From Candidatus Pyrohabitans jungbluthii (lineage in GTDB: Archaea > Hydrothermarchaeota > Hydrothermarchaeia > Hydrothermarchaeales > BMS3B), in NCBI GenBank assembly GCA_002010065.2, contig MTMD02000001.1, positions 64,001 through 128,000 on the forward strand: a stretch of DNA of 64,000 nt, read 5' to 3'. The notes below the pieces were generated by a model that did not search any database, had not been told where the DNA came from, and saw only the letters and a program-made list of their open reading frames with translations. Below are positions 29,564 to 38,538 of this stretch, piece after piece. A program made the position numbers and the translations under genes. The stretch's first letter is position 1, and each line of letters starts with the position of its first letter.

Positions 29564-30226
29564 TCAATAGCCTGCACCGTAGCCAGCGGCTTCGCCATAG
29601 CCAAGCGCTTCTTCTCCGTAACCAGTGGCTTCACCGTAGCCTGCGCCCTCTTCAGCCGCTTGAGCGGGCTGAGCTTCTTCTGCCTTGGGCTTCACTATCA
29701 GCTTGCCTTCCATGCCCTTTTCTCTGTGCCCATTAACCGGGCAGTAGAAGGTGTATTCACCCGCTTTCTCAGCGACAAATTCCACCGTAACCGATGCTCC
29801 TGGCTGTATCCCTGCCTGCATCTGTGCAGTTTCCTCGCCGTAGCCCGCGGCTTCACCGTAACCAGCGCCATATCCAGCGGCCTCGCCATATCCCTCAGCA
29901 GCACCCTCCTCAGGCTTCACTGCATACACACCAAGCTCATCTATGGCAAAGTTGTGCACCTGCGAGCCAACGTTCTTGATGGTTATCCTAACCACGTCTC
30001 CCTCGCTGACGGTTATGCTTGCTGGCTCAAATTTGAACTCCGACGCTTCGATGGTGAATTCCTTTGCTTCAGCGACGCCTTTTGCGGGCGCTGCCGCAGC
30101 AGGAGAGGGTTTTACATCCTCGAGACCTGCTGGTACGCCCGGAGAGAAGCTGTAGCCGACTATGAAGCTAAGCGCCATTGCGGTGACTATTGCAAGCACC
30201 GCTATATCGTCGCGCATTGCGATCAC
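29564..30226 (-). CDS. Membrane-anchored cupredoxin with GYG repeats
   Basis: N-terminal TM helix; type-1 Cu ligands HNF...YCPVNGHREKGM; two blocks of (E/A)xGYG repeats. Confidence 0.88.
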   Translation of the reverse strand: MIAMRDDIAVLAIVTAMALSFIVGYSFSPGVPAGLEDVKPSPAAAAPAKGVAEAKEFTIEASEFKFEPASITVSEGDVVRITIKNVGSQVHNFAIDELGVYAVKPEEGAAEGYGEAAGYGAGYGEAAGYGEETAQMQAGIQPGASVTVEFVAEKAGEYTFYCPVNGHREKGMEGKLIVKPKAEEAQPAQAAEEGAGYGEATGYGEEALGYGEAAGYGAGY

Positions 30227-30477
30227 GCCTTCTTTATCCTGTAGACAAATGTACCGCCGTCGGAGCGCTTCTCTATTATCTCATGCCCTTCCTTGTCGCA
30301 GAGCGCTGTAATACTCTCCTCTGAGGAGGGGTTGTCAAAGAGCACTTCAAGTACATCGCCGCTCTTCAGCTTCTGCAGCGTCTTCATTGTGTAGAGTTGG
30401 GGATGTGGACATACATAGCCCTTGACATCCAGCTGGTATACTCCATCTTCAAGCTTCTTAACTTTCACTTTCTGCAC
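30223..30477 (-). CDS. tusA: Sulfur carrier TusA family protein
   Basis: LDVKGYVCPHP motif. Confidence 0.92.
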   Translation of the reverse strand: MQKVKVKKLEDGVYQLDVKGYVCPHPQLYTMKTLQKLKSGDVLEVLFDNPSSEESITALCDKEGHEIIEKRSDGGTFVYRIKKA

Positions 30478-30481
30478 CTCC

Positions 30482-31873
30482 TTACTCTATCTCTATGTCA
30501 ATATCAAAATCCTCTTCCTTAAGCTGGCGCTCAGTCCACCAGTTGAGGAACTTCACGCTTGCCAATGCGCCGCCGCCCATGCCCAAGAAGAACAGCCAGC
30601 CACCGGGGTCACCGCCAGCAACACGGATGTAGAATGCACCGATGTTGCAGCCCAGTGCTATTCGCGCACCGAGACCCATGAGCGTGCCTCCGAGGATGCC
30701 CCAGACTGCCAGCTCCTTGGTTGGTGCCTTGAACTTGAACTCCTTGTTGAGCAGAGCTATGGCTGCCGCACCAAGGATTATACCTATGGACATGAGCAAC
30801 GCAGGGTTGTGCCACGGCTCGGGTATGCCGTTCATTACGCCAAAGTATATATTGTCCTTCATGTTCCATCCGAACTTCTCCAGCACCCAGGCACCCACCT
30901 GCGCTTCCTGTGTGGTTATATACCAGTAACCGGGGTCAAACACTGTACCTCTCCTAGAAACTTCTTCCACAAAACCAAGCTTCACCAGAGCCTGGCCGAA
31001 GTTTTCTATACCGAACTTGTCCCTGAGGCTCTGCATCGCCATTACGTGGATGCCTGCTATTATGCCAATTAGAATCCCCGCAAGGGTTGTTCTTTTCGAA
31101 GCAGTTATCATCTGCCAGAAGCCGTAAAGCTCGTCTTTGAGACCCAGCTTAACATCCCCGCCGTCCGCAGGCAGTGTTGCTGCTTTCTTCTCTATAATGC
31201 GCCTGACAATGCCCTTCCTAGCAACAAACCAATACGCGAGGCTGAGGAATATCAGCGTGGGTATTATGGTGTTGATGATCGAATTCGCTATAAAGTATTC
31301 GCCAAGGCTAAGGCCCTTACCAAAGAATTTCTCTGCCAAGGTGAACTTAGGCTGCGGGAATATGTAGCCCCTCAGAAGCTTGTCGAACCATCCCTGCGCA
31401 TCTACGAATATCGCTTGAGAGAAGGATATCGCGAGCAGAGCAAGCATAGAGGTGCCATTACCCTCGCCGGTTTTGTACAACGTACCAGAAGCACAGCCAC
31501 CAGCGAGCACCATACCCAGACCAAATATAAGCCCGCCAACAAGTTCATGTATACCCAGTGGGCCAGGATGGAAGGTGCTCAGCTGGTTTGCCGCCAGCAC
31601 TGCCATGATAACGCTGAACACACCCATGGCGACCATTATGCCCACGAACATCCTAGTTACGCCGATGGCGAAGAGGTCGCGCCACGCTGAAGCGAAACAG
31701 AATCTGCCCCACTGCAGAAGTATGCCGTAGGCAAAGCCGAACCATGCGTAGGCAATGATGTACATGTAGATCGGGTTGACTCTATAGTACCACAGGCTTA
31801 TTATCAACATTATGCCAACTACAGAAAAAGCCCAGAATTTCCTCCTTCTATCGGCATCGTCTGCCATATTCAT
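30482..31873 (-). CDS. YeeE/YedE (TsuA-like) thiosulfate/sulfur-compound transporter
   Basis: GRFCFASA, LAGGCASG and ALGCNIG conserved-Cys motifs; multi-TM; AAGGAGG RBS before 31873. Confidence 0.93.
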   Translation of the reverse strand: MNMADDADRRRKFWAFSVVGIMLIISLWYYRVNPIYMYIIAYAWFGFAYGILLQWGRFCFASAWRDLFAIGVTRMFVGIMVAMGVFSVIMAVLAANQLSTFHPGPLGIHELVGGLIFGLGMVLAGGCASGTLYKTGEGNGTSMLALLAISFSQAIFVDAQGWFDKLLRGYIFPQPKFTLAEKFFGKGLSLGEYFIANSIINTIIPTLIFLSLAYWFVARKGIVRRIIEKKAATLPADGGDVKLGLKDELYGFWQMITASKRTTLAGILIGIIAGIHVMAMQSLRDKFGIENFGQALVKLGFVEEVSRRGTVFDPGYWYITTQEAQVGAWVLEKFGWNMKDNIYFGVMNGIPEPWHNPALLMSIGIILGAAAIALLNKEFKFKAPTKELAVWGILGGTLMGLGARIALGCNIGAFYIRVAGGDPGGWLFFLGMGGGALASVKFLNWWTERQLKEEDFDIDIEIE

Positions 31874-32085
31874 CCTTTCCTCCTTAAGCTTGTACTGAGC
31901 ATTCTGGAGTATCTTGTTCCCCATACCTATATTTATATTTTTCGAAAGTGGTTTCAAGATAACCGAAATTTAATTCCTCACACTTTCATAAAAATCAAAA
32001 GTTATAATGTTGGATTAATAAATAATAGAAAAATATTTAAACATCTAGATAAAATAGAAAATTTAGCTTATTGGGTGATTTTATT

Positions 32086-32316
32086 ATGGAGCATTTGTGC
32101 GCAGGCAAGAGCATAAATCTGGATTTAACCTTCTGTCCACCAGCGGCAGTGGTTACGTCCAGCTTGAAAAAGGCTGAAAGTGGAGAAGTTTTGCTTGTAA
32201 AGGCATCAAGGTGTCAGGTTGAAATGGTGGAAGCGATTGCAGAGCGGCTTGGTGCAGAGATAATCCAGAAGGAAAAGAAGGGCTCTGCCACAGAACTATG
32301 GATAATTAAGAAGTAG
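32086..32316 (+). CDS. Divergent TusA-like protein
   Basis: LTFCPPAAVV..LKK...GEVL and a C-terminal WIIKK; TusA-sized. Confidence 0.72.
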   Translation: MEHLCAGKSINLDLTFCPPAAVVTSSLKKAESGEVLLVKASRCQVEMVEAIAERLGAEIIQKEKKGSATELWIIKK

Positions 32317-32513
32317 CTGCGGTTCTGCTATCAAGCGCACAACTTATAAGTATTTTTGTTTTGTCATCTATAAAATATATGTATCTTAAGATAAATTCTT
32401 GTGTTTAGACTTCGTATTTATTTAAATAAAAAAGGCCCCCTTATAAATTTTAACGGCGATTTAATCAGGTTTATAGAAAATCTTATAAGCACGCGTCTGA
32501 ATTATAGTGGTGC

Positions 32514-33731
32514 ATGGGAAAGATAAACCTCTTTTACATAGCGAGGCGCAACCTCAAGCGGAAGTGGTTTAGAAGCCTCGCGCTGATTTTAGCTGTGACA
32601 ATCGCATCAGGTGCTTTATTTGCCAGTGTTTTGATGATGGAAAGCGTTGGGAGAGGTGCTGAGATAAGTACAAGCATGCTCGGCGCAGATGTCATGGTCG
32701 TACCTGTGGGCTATGAAGCCCAGGCGAGAGCATCTCTGCTTGCAGGCGAGCCAAACAAGTTTTACATGTCGCGAAGCGTTGAGGATGAAGTCAAAAAGGT
32801 GCCGGGAGTGGCGCAGACCTCTGTTCAGGTCTTCGCCGAGACCGCCGCATTTCCGTGCTGTGGGTTTACAAAAAGCTTCCTCATAGGCTTCGATCCTGAG
32901 ACAGATTTCACTGTGATGAAGTGGGTGGGTGAGTCGCTTGACCGCCCCTTTGGTAAGGACGACGCAATTCTCGGGTTTTCCCTGGCTGCACTACCCGGAT
33001 TCAAAACCTATGTGCACGGTCACGAGCTGACTGTGTGGGGCAAGCTCAGGCAGAGCGGCATAAAATACTTCGACAACTCTCTTTTTGTGCCTATAGAGAC
33101 CCTCTACAACATAGCTGAGGAGAGCAAGAAGAGGGATGAGGTAGCACCTCTGGAAATAGAGAGAGGGCAGATTTCCGTTGTGCTGGTTAAGGCAGAGGAG
33201 GGCGTATCTCCAGACGTGCTGGAGGTCAGGATAGAGGGGCGCGTTCCCGGGGTGATCGCCATACCCATGCCCCGCGTGCTTCATACCGTAAGAGCACAGA
33301 TGGCAACCCTATTCGGCAGTCTTACCATTCTCGTTGCCGTGCTGTGGGTTGCGAATACGCTCATGGTTGGGGCGATATTCACAACCATAGTGAGTGAGCG
33401 CAGAAAGGAGCTGGGAATACTCCGCGCTATCGGAGCGAACCGCAGACATGTGTTTAGACTGATTCTCGCAGAAGCTGCTTTCCTCACAGCCCTTGGTGGG
33501 CTTCTGGGCATTGCCGCAGGGGGTGCCCTCTTCTATGCCTACAAGGGCATAGTAACCAGCTCCTTCTCAGCACTTAAGATACCATACATCTGGCCCACAG
33601 CCGCGCACGTAGCCGCGATTTCCATTTTCACCCTTATCTCTGCCCTTGCCATGGGAATAATAGGTGCGCTTTATCCGGCTTACACCTCTGCGAAGCTCGA
33701 CCCATACAACGCCATAAGGACGGGTGAGTGA
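32514..33731 (+). CDS. MacB/FtsX-type ABC permease
   Basis: RNLKRK..RS, ERRKELGILRAIGA and LDPYNAIR motifs; extracytoplasmic PCC. Confidence 0.92.
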   Translation: MGKINLFYIARRNLKRKWFRSLALILAVTIASGALFASVLMMESVGRGAEISTSMLGADVMVVPVGYEAQARASLLAGEPNKFYMSRSVEDEVKKVPGVAQTSVQVFAETAAFPCCGFTKSFLIGFDPETDFTVMKWVGESLDRPFGKDDAILGFSLAALPGFKTYVHGHELTVWGKLRQSGIKYFDNSLFVPIETLYNIAEESKKRDEVAPLEIERGQISVVLVKAEEGVSPDVLEVRIEGRVPGVIAIPMPRVLHTVRAQMATLFGSLTILVAVLWVANTLMVGAIFTTIVSERRKELGILRAIGANRRHVFRLILAEAAFLTALGGLLGIAAGGALFYAYKGIVTSSFSALKIPYIWPTAAHVAAISIFTLISALAMGIIGALYPAYTSAKLDPYNAIRTGE

Positions 33732-34415
33732 ATGATTATAAAGACAGAGCACCTCTGCAAAACCTACAAGATAGGAGACCAGGTGATAGAGGCGGTTAAG
33801 GGAGTGGATATTGAAATTGAGCGCGGGAAGTTTGTGAGCATTGTGGGGCACTCAGGCAGCGGGAAGACCACTCTGCTCTCGCTGATAGGGGGGCTTACGA
33901 GACCAACCCACGGTAAGGTGTACATAGATGGCATAAATATATGGAATCTGAGCGACGAGAAGCTATCTGAGCTGAGGAATAAGAAGATAGGGTTTATGTT
34001 CCAGTTTTCGAGTCTAATTCCAACACTCAACGCCATAGAGAATGTGATGTTACCAGTAGCCTTTGGAAAAGGTGCAAGCGGAGACGTGGAGAAGCGAGCA
34101 AAGGAGCTTTTGGAGCTTGTGGGGCTTGGGCACAGGATGCGCAACGTACCCTCGCAGCTCAGCGGCGGAGAGCAGCGCCGCGTTGCGATTGCGCGTGCCT
34201 TAATCAACGACCCAGATATAATACTGGCGGACGAGCCCACTGGCGACCTTGACCGAGAAACCGAAGAGGAGGTTATGGAACTCTTTCTGAAGATAAACCG
34301 CGACTTCGGCAAGACCTTTGTGATGGTTACTCACAATCCCGAGCTTGCCAAGCGAACCGACATAACCCTTAGAATGGAAAACGGCAGCATAATTGCGAGA
34401 GAAGAGCATGGGTAA
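33732..34415 (+). CDS. ABC ATP-binding protein (LolD/MacB-like)
   Basis: GHSGSGKTT, LSGGEQRR and ADEPTG motifs. Confidence 0.96.
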   Translation: MIIKTEHLCKTYKIGDQVIEAVKGVDIEIERGKFVSIVGHSGSGKTTLLSLIGGLTRPTHGKVYIDGINIWNLSDEKLSELRNKKIGFMFQFSSLIPTLNAIENVMLPVAFGKGASGDVEKRAKELLELVGLGHRMRNVPSQLSGGEQRRVAIARALINDPDIILADEPTGDLDRETEEEVMELFLKINRDFGKTFVMVTHNPELAKRTDITLRMENGSIIAREEHG

Positions 34416-35622
34416 GCCGAGCGTAGCCAGGCTGGCCTTTAAAAATTTAAAGCGCAAGCGTTTTAGGGCAATTACACTGATACTTGCCATAGCAATAGCC
34501 ACAGCCTCCCTCTTTTCCAGCATTATTATCCTCAGGAGCGTGGAGCAAGGTTTAGAAAGTGCTGTTGCCCGCCTTGGCGCGGATCTGGTGGTGGTCCCGG
34601 AGGGCTACGAGAAGAAGGCAAGCGAGGTTCTGCTGGGAGGCGAACCCTCGACGTTCTACATGGATTCGAGCATTGTGGGAGAGATTAGGAAAGTGCCTGG
34701 CGTCGCAAAGGCATCGCCGCAGATATTTCTGCAGACTTCCTCTTACCTAATATGCTGCGAGGTCATGGAGACGCTCTTCATCGCCTATGAGCCCGAAACC
34801 GATTTTACGGTAACACCCTGGATAGAGTCCAAGCTTCCTTATATTCCCGAGGAATATGTGGTAACCGGGGGAGGAATACCTGTTTATGAGAACTTCTCCA
34901 TGTACATCTACGGCCACTGGTATGTGGTGTATGCAAGGCTCCATAAAACAGGACTGCGCTACTTCGACTCCACTATTTTTATCCCCATGGACCTCGCGTA
35001 TTCCCTTGCTCAGGAGAGCCAACGCAATCCGCGGGTGGCGAACCTCACACTGAAGCTGGGTAAGATCTCTGCGGTACTGGTGCAGGTTAGCGGTGGCAAC
35101 GCAACTCAGGTTGCCAGGCAAATTGAAGAGCGCGTGCCGGGAACGAGTGTTGTTATGAGCAGCTCCATGGCGTCAAATGCAAAAACGCAGGCGGTCTCAC
35201 TTTTCTCCTCGCTAATAGCTATATCCGCTCTGCTGTGGTTCGCCAACCTCCTGATGATTTCAGCCACTTTCGCAACTATAGCGGGAGAGCGCCGCCGTGA
35301 GTTTGGTCTGCTTCGCGCCATAGGTGCAAAGAGGAGCGATGTGATGAAGCTGATGCTCTATGAGGCAAGTTTCCTCGCCACCATAGGTGCCACCCTGGGG
35401 CTAACCATCGGCACCGCTATATTCTTTGCTTTCAGGGAGGAGGTTACCAAGTCCTTCGAAAAGCTCCTTATCCCATTTTTCTGGCCCAATCTGGATACGC
35501 TACTCGTCACCGCTGTGGTAGCATTCGCCTCCGCGGTGGTCATGGCTTTTCTGGGCACCTTTTATCCCGCGCTTAGCGCGGCAAAGGAAGAGCCATACGC
35601 AGCTATTCGATACGGGGAGTAA
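34408..35622 (+). CDS. MacB/FtsX-type ABC permease (paralog)
   Basis: Same architecture as 32514-33731; ICCE motif. Confidence 0.92.
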   Translation: MGKPSVARLAFKNLKRKRFRAITLILAIAIATASLFSSIIILRSVEQGLESAVARLGADLVVVPEGYEKKASEVLLGGEPSTFYMDSSIVGEIRKVPGVAKASPQIFLQTSSYLICCEVMETLFIAYEPETDFTVTPWIESKLPYIPEEYVVTGGGIPVYENFSMYIYGHWYVVYARLHKTGLRYFDSTIFIPMDLAYSLAQESQRNPRVANLTLKLGKISAVLVQVSGGNATQVARQIEERVPGTSVVMSSSMASNAKTQAVSLFSSLIAISALLWFANLLMISATFATIAGERRREFGLLRAIGAKRSDVMKLMLYEASFLATIGATLGLTIGTAIFFAFREEVTKSFEKLLIPFFWPNLDTLLVTAVVAFASAVVMAFLGTFYPALSAAKEEPYAAIRYGE

Positions 35623-35867
35623 TGATATTAAACCCCGCGTTCACCCGTGGCTACCTATGCTTTATACTCTAAATATACTCTAAATTTATAAATTTTTTAT
35701 ATACCGTCTCACGCACCAGAATTATATATCAAGAAAAAAATACTTATAAATCAAAACTTTTACATTAGTATTACATGCAGATTATAGGTTAATTATCAGT
35801 TGTGCATTTTTATGAATAATCATACTATTTGGGAAAAACTTTATAAGTTATTATGTAGATGTAGCAA

Positions 35868-35960
35868 TCGCCCAGGAGCTCCCATCTTCTGGCAGGCTGA
35901 CCCAACGCTGCCGGAGTCTTAGGCTTTGCCCACCCTTCCTGGGCGACCTCCTTCTTCCTT
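35868..35960 (+). ncRNA. Candidate structured small RNA
   Basis: BRE/TATA-like GGAAAAAC-TTTATAAG at 35832-35847; 10-bp terminal stem TCGCCCAGGA/TCCTGGGCGA; internal stems; pyrimidine-rich tail. Confidence 0.5.
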
Positions 35961-36013
35961 TCAATAACCTTTTATGTAGTCCCCTTTGTGTTTCTTCATC
36001 GACTACTTTTAAC

Positions 36014-36087
36014 GCCTCGGTAGCTCAGCCTGGTAGAGCGTGTGCTTGGTAAGCACAAGGCCGCGGGTTCAAACCCCGCCCGAGGCT
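36014..36087 (+). tRNA. tRNA-Thr(GGT)
   Basis: Cloverleaf GCCTCGG...CCGAGGC-T; anticodon arm TGTGC-TTGGTAA-GCACA; GTTCAAA T-loop. Confidence 0.97.
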
Positions 36088-36202
36088 TTCTTTACCAAAA
36101 TTATAAGCCCCACATTGTTTGGACAATCTTTTCTTTCTTTTGACACACTTTTCCAATGCTCTCACGAAGCTCATAGATACTATATACACCTCTTATCCAC
36201 CC

Positions 36203-36328
36203 ATGGCAAGCCATTACTGCATTTCCTGTGGTGCTCCTCTTGCCCAGGGAAAATATCTCTGCCAAGCCTGTGAGGCCTCGCTTCTGGAAAAACTTTGCGA
36301 GGCGCAACGATATCGAACGAGGCAGTGA
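36203..36328 (+). CDS. Small zinc-ribbon protein (41 aa)
   Basis: MASHYCISCGAPLAQGKYLCQACE (CxxC-x10-CxxC); TATA-like element ~20 nt upstream. Confidence 0.6.
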   Translation: MASHYCISCGAPLAQGKYLCQACEASLLEKLCEAQRYRTRQ

Positions 36329-36398
36329 AACAACATTCGCCTCAGCAAGTTCATGAAGCCTGAGACTGGGCTAAAAAGCTTAATATCATTACCTACAA

Positions 36399-37457
36399 AT
36401 GGGAGATATGGACATAAAAAGAAGGGCGCTGCTTACCATTGTCGCCATGCTCGGCTCGGCACTGACTTACAAGTATCTGTACCCTCTGCGCTACTTCTTC
36501 CTCGCGCCGCGGGATGTCGAAAGGGTGGTGAGTGTGAGAACAAAGCAAAATGTTTTCACGCATAGCAACAGGTCGCTTGTCTCAGTTGTGGAGGTGGGGG
36601 ACGTCAAGGAGGCGGTTGAGAATGCTGTAAAACTAATCGGCGGCTTCAAGAAGCTCAGGCTTAAAGGGAAGGAGGTGCTTGTAAAGCCAAATGTAAACAG
36701 CGACGACCCCCATCCGGCGACCACAAACCCCGAGGTGGTGCGCGCCACTGTCGAGCTTCTGTATGAAGCGGGTGCTCGCAGAGTTGTTGTGGGAGACATG
36801 AGCGGTATATACTGGCTGCCAACTAAGCAGAGCATGGAGAAAACCGGCATAGCTAAGGCTGCTCTACAAGCTGGTGCAGAGCTTGCCTTCTTCGAGGAGG
36901 AAGAGTGGGTGGCTATGGCGCCACCGCAGGCTAACTACCTGAAGAGCTTTTCAATCCCACGCCGGGTGTACGAGGCTGAAGTATTGATTTCGCTACCTGT
37001 GATTAAGACCCATAAGTACGCGACCTACTCCATGAGTCTGAAAAACTTCGTGGGCATAATCTCCAACGCTGACAGGCGCAAACTACACACCTCTCGCTAC
37101 ATGGAGGAGATGATCGCAGAGATCAACCTCGCAGCAACGCCGGATTTAATAATAATGGACGGAACGCGAAGTATGGTGGCAGGAGGGCCCACAAGCGGGA
37201 GTGTGAAGGAGACTAACGTAATTCTTGCCAGTGGGGATAGGGTGGCAATAGATGTGGTAGGGCTGAGCATAGTTAAGAGCTTCAATGAGTGGGAGCGGGT
37301 GGCTGAGATTGGGATATGGGAGCAGAGGCAGATAAAACGCGCTGTTGAGCTCGAGCTAGGAGCAAATAGCTGTGAGGATATAGAGGTTGTCAGCGCTGGC
37401 GATAGCCCGGCGTTTATGCGGCTTGTGGAGTTTATTAAGAGAGCAATAACTGAGTAG
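36399..37457 (+). CDS. DUF362 domain protein
   Basis: VLVKPN, TTNPEVV, PVIKTH and SLKNFVG motifs. Confidence 0.9.
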   Translation: MGDMDIKRRALLTIVAMLGSALTYKYLYPLRYFFLAPRDVERVVSVRTKQNVFTHSNRSLVSVVEVGDVKEAVENAVKLIGGFKKLRLKGKEVLVKPNVNSDDPHPATTNPEVVRATVELLYEAGARRVVVGDMSGIYWLPTKQSMEKTGIAKAALQAGAELAFFEEEEWVAMAPPQANYLKSFSIPRRVYEAEVLISLPVIKTHKYATYSMSLKNFVGIISNADRRKLHTSRYMEEMIAEINLAATPDLIIMDGTRSMVAGGPTSGSVKETNVILASGDRVAIDVVGLSIVKSFNEWERVAEIGIWEQRQIKRAVELELGANSCEDIEVVSAGDSPAFMRLVEFIKRAITE

Positions 37458-37599
37458 TTTATTTTCAGGCTTCTCTGGAAACATCGCAAAGATGGTTGCC
37501 CACTACTTGAGAGCATACGCACCAAAATTTTTATTATAAGCAGACCATATCTTATCCTCAGAAAATTGGATGTATCCCGTCCCAGAAGGGAGCCTGAAA

Positions 37600-38538
37600 A
37601 TGAATAAGATACTCGGCTGCATCTTGATTGTTGCCTCAGGCGTAGCAGCCTATGCCATAAGCAGCATATATCCTGCTCTAAACGCCCTGTTCATCGCCCT
37701 TATTTTCGGCATAGCCTTCGGGAGTATCCTCGAAAGCAAAGAGATGAAAGCCCTGGCAGAGAGGTCTCTCGTGGTAACCCTCCCTGTGGGCATAATATTA
37801 TACGGGGCAAACATAAAGTTCCCTCTTCCATGGGACTTTCCAACACAGGTTATTATCCTCACCTTCCTCTCAGCCACGCTGATGGGCACTGCCGTTTATC
37901 TATTTGCGAAGATACTTAGGGTGAGGGAGAAGCTTGCATTACTTTTAGCATGCGGTACTGCGATATGCGGCGTCTCCGCCATAGCTATACTCTCCCCAAT
38001 AATCAAACCGAAAAAGGAGGAGTTCTCGGCCGCTATTATAATAATAACTGTTGTGGGGCTGACAGGGGCTCTGCTCTACCCCTTCCTGGGCTACATTTTA
38101 GGAATGAGCAGCAAGATTTACGCGTTTATGAGCGGAGCCACACTGCACCAGACTGGTTTAGTCGTGATAGCTTCAAAACCCTTTGGCAGCGGGGTTCTCC
38201 AGGACGGTCTTGCTGTGAAGGGAATACGCATAGCCATGATAGCCTTGGTGGCCCTCTTGGTCTCTTTCGTTTATGCTGAACACAGGTTCTACATCCCGTG
38301 GTATGTGGTTATCTTCCTGCTTGTGGCTTTTCTCACCAGCTTTGTTCTTCCACATTATATTGTTAATATGCTCAAACCCTTCTCCACAATAGCCTTTTCC
38401 ATAACCCTCGCATCAATAGGATTCTCTGTGAATATAAGAGATATTCAGAATATACGTTTGAGCCCACTTATCGCAGCTTATTTGGGCTGGTTCTGCGCAA
38501 TAGGCATATTTATTTTTATTATGGGGTGGGTACTATGA
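37600..38538 (+). CDS. YeiH/putative sulfate exporter (UPF0324) family transporter
   Basis: GTAICGVSAI motif; multi-TM. Confidence 0.9.
   Translation: MNKILGCILIVASGVAAYAISSIYPALNALFIALIFGIAFGSILESKEMKALAERSLVVTLPVGIILYGANIKFPLPWDFPTQVIILTFLSATLMGTAVYLFAKILRVREKLALLLACGTAICGVSAIAILSPIIKPKKEEFSAAIIIITVVGLTGALLYPFLGYILGMSSKIYAFMSGATLHQTGLVVIASKPFGSGVLQDGLAVKGIRIAMIALVALLVSFVYAEHRFYIPWYVVIFLLVAFLTSFVLPHYIVNMLKPFSTIAFSITLASIGFSVNIRDIQNIRLSPLIAAYLGWFCAIGIFIFIMGWVL

Noticed and set aside
29534-29566. Selenocysteine read-through (TGA followed by a hairpin)
   Set aside because: Read-through adds only four residues before a TAG; the hairpin plus T-tract fits a terminator better.
29564-30226. K+ channel selectivity filter or GFP-type chromophore from GYG
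   Set aside because: No pore helices or beta-barrel; the repeats sit in acidic linkers of a cupredoxin.
35663-35685. TATACTCTAAA tandem duplication
   Set aside because: A short two-copy slippage repeat in AT-rich intergenic DNA with no sign of function.
36014-36087. tRNA-Thr as the integration site of the sulfur region
   Set aside because: The tRNA lies in the middle of the region; I saw no duplicated 3' end and no integrase.
36101-36307. 68-aa minus-strand ORF
   Set aside because: No recognisable motif; it overlaps the more plausible zinc-ribbon ORF on the + strand.
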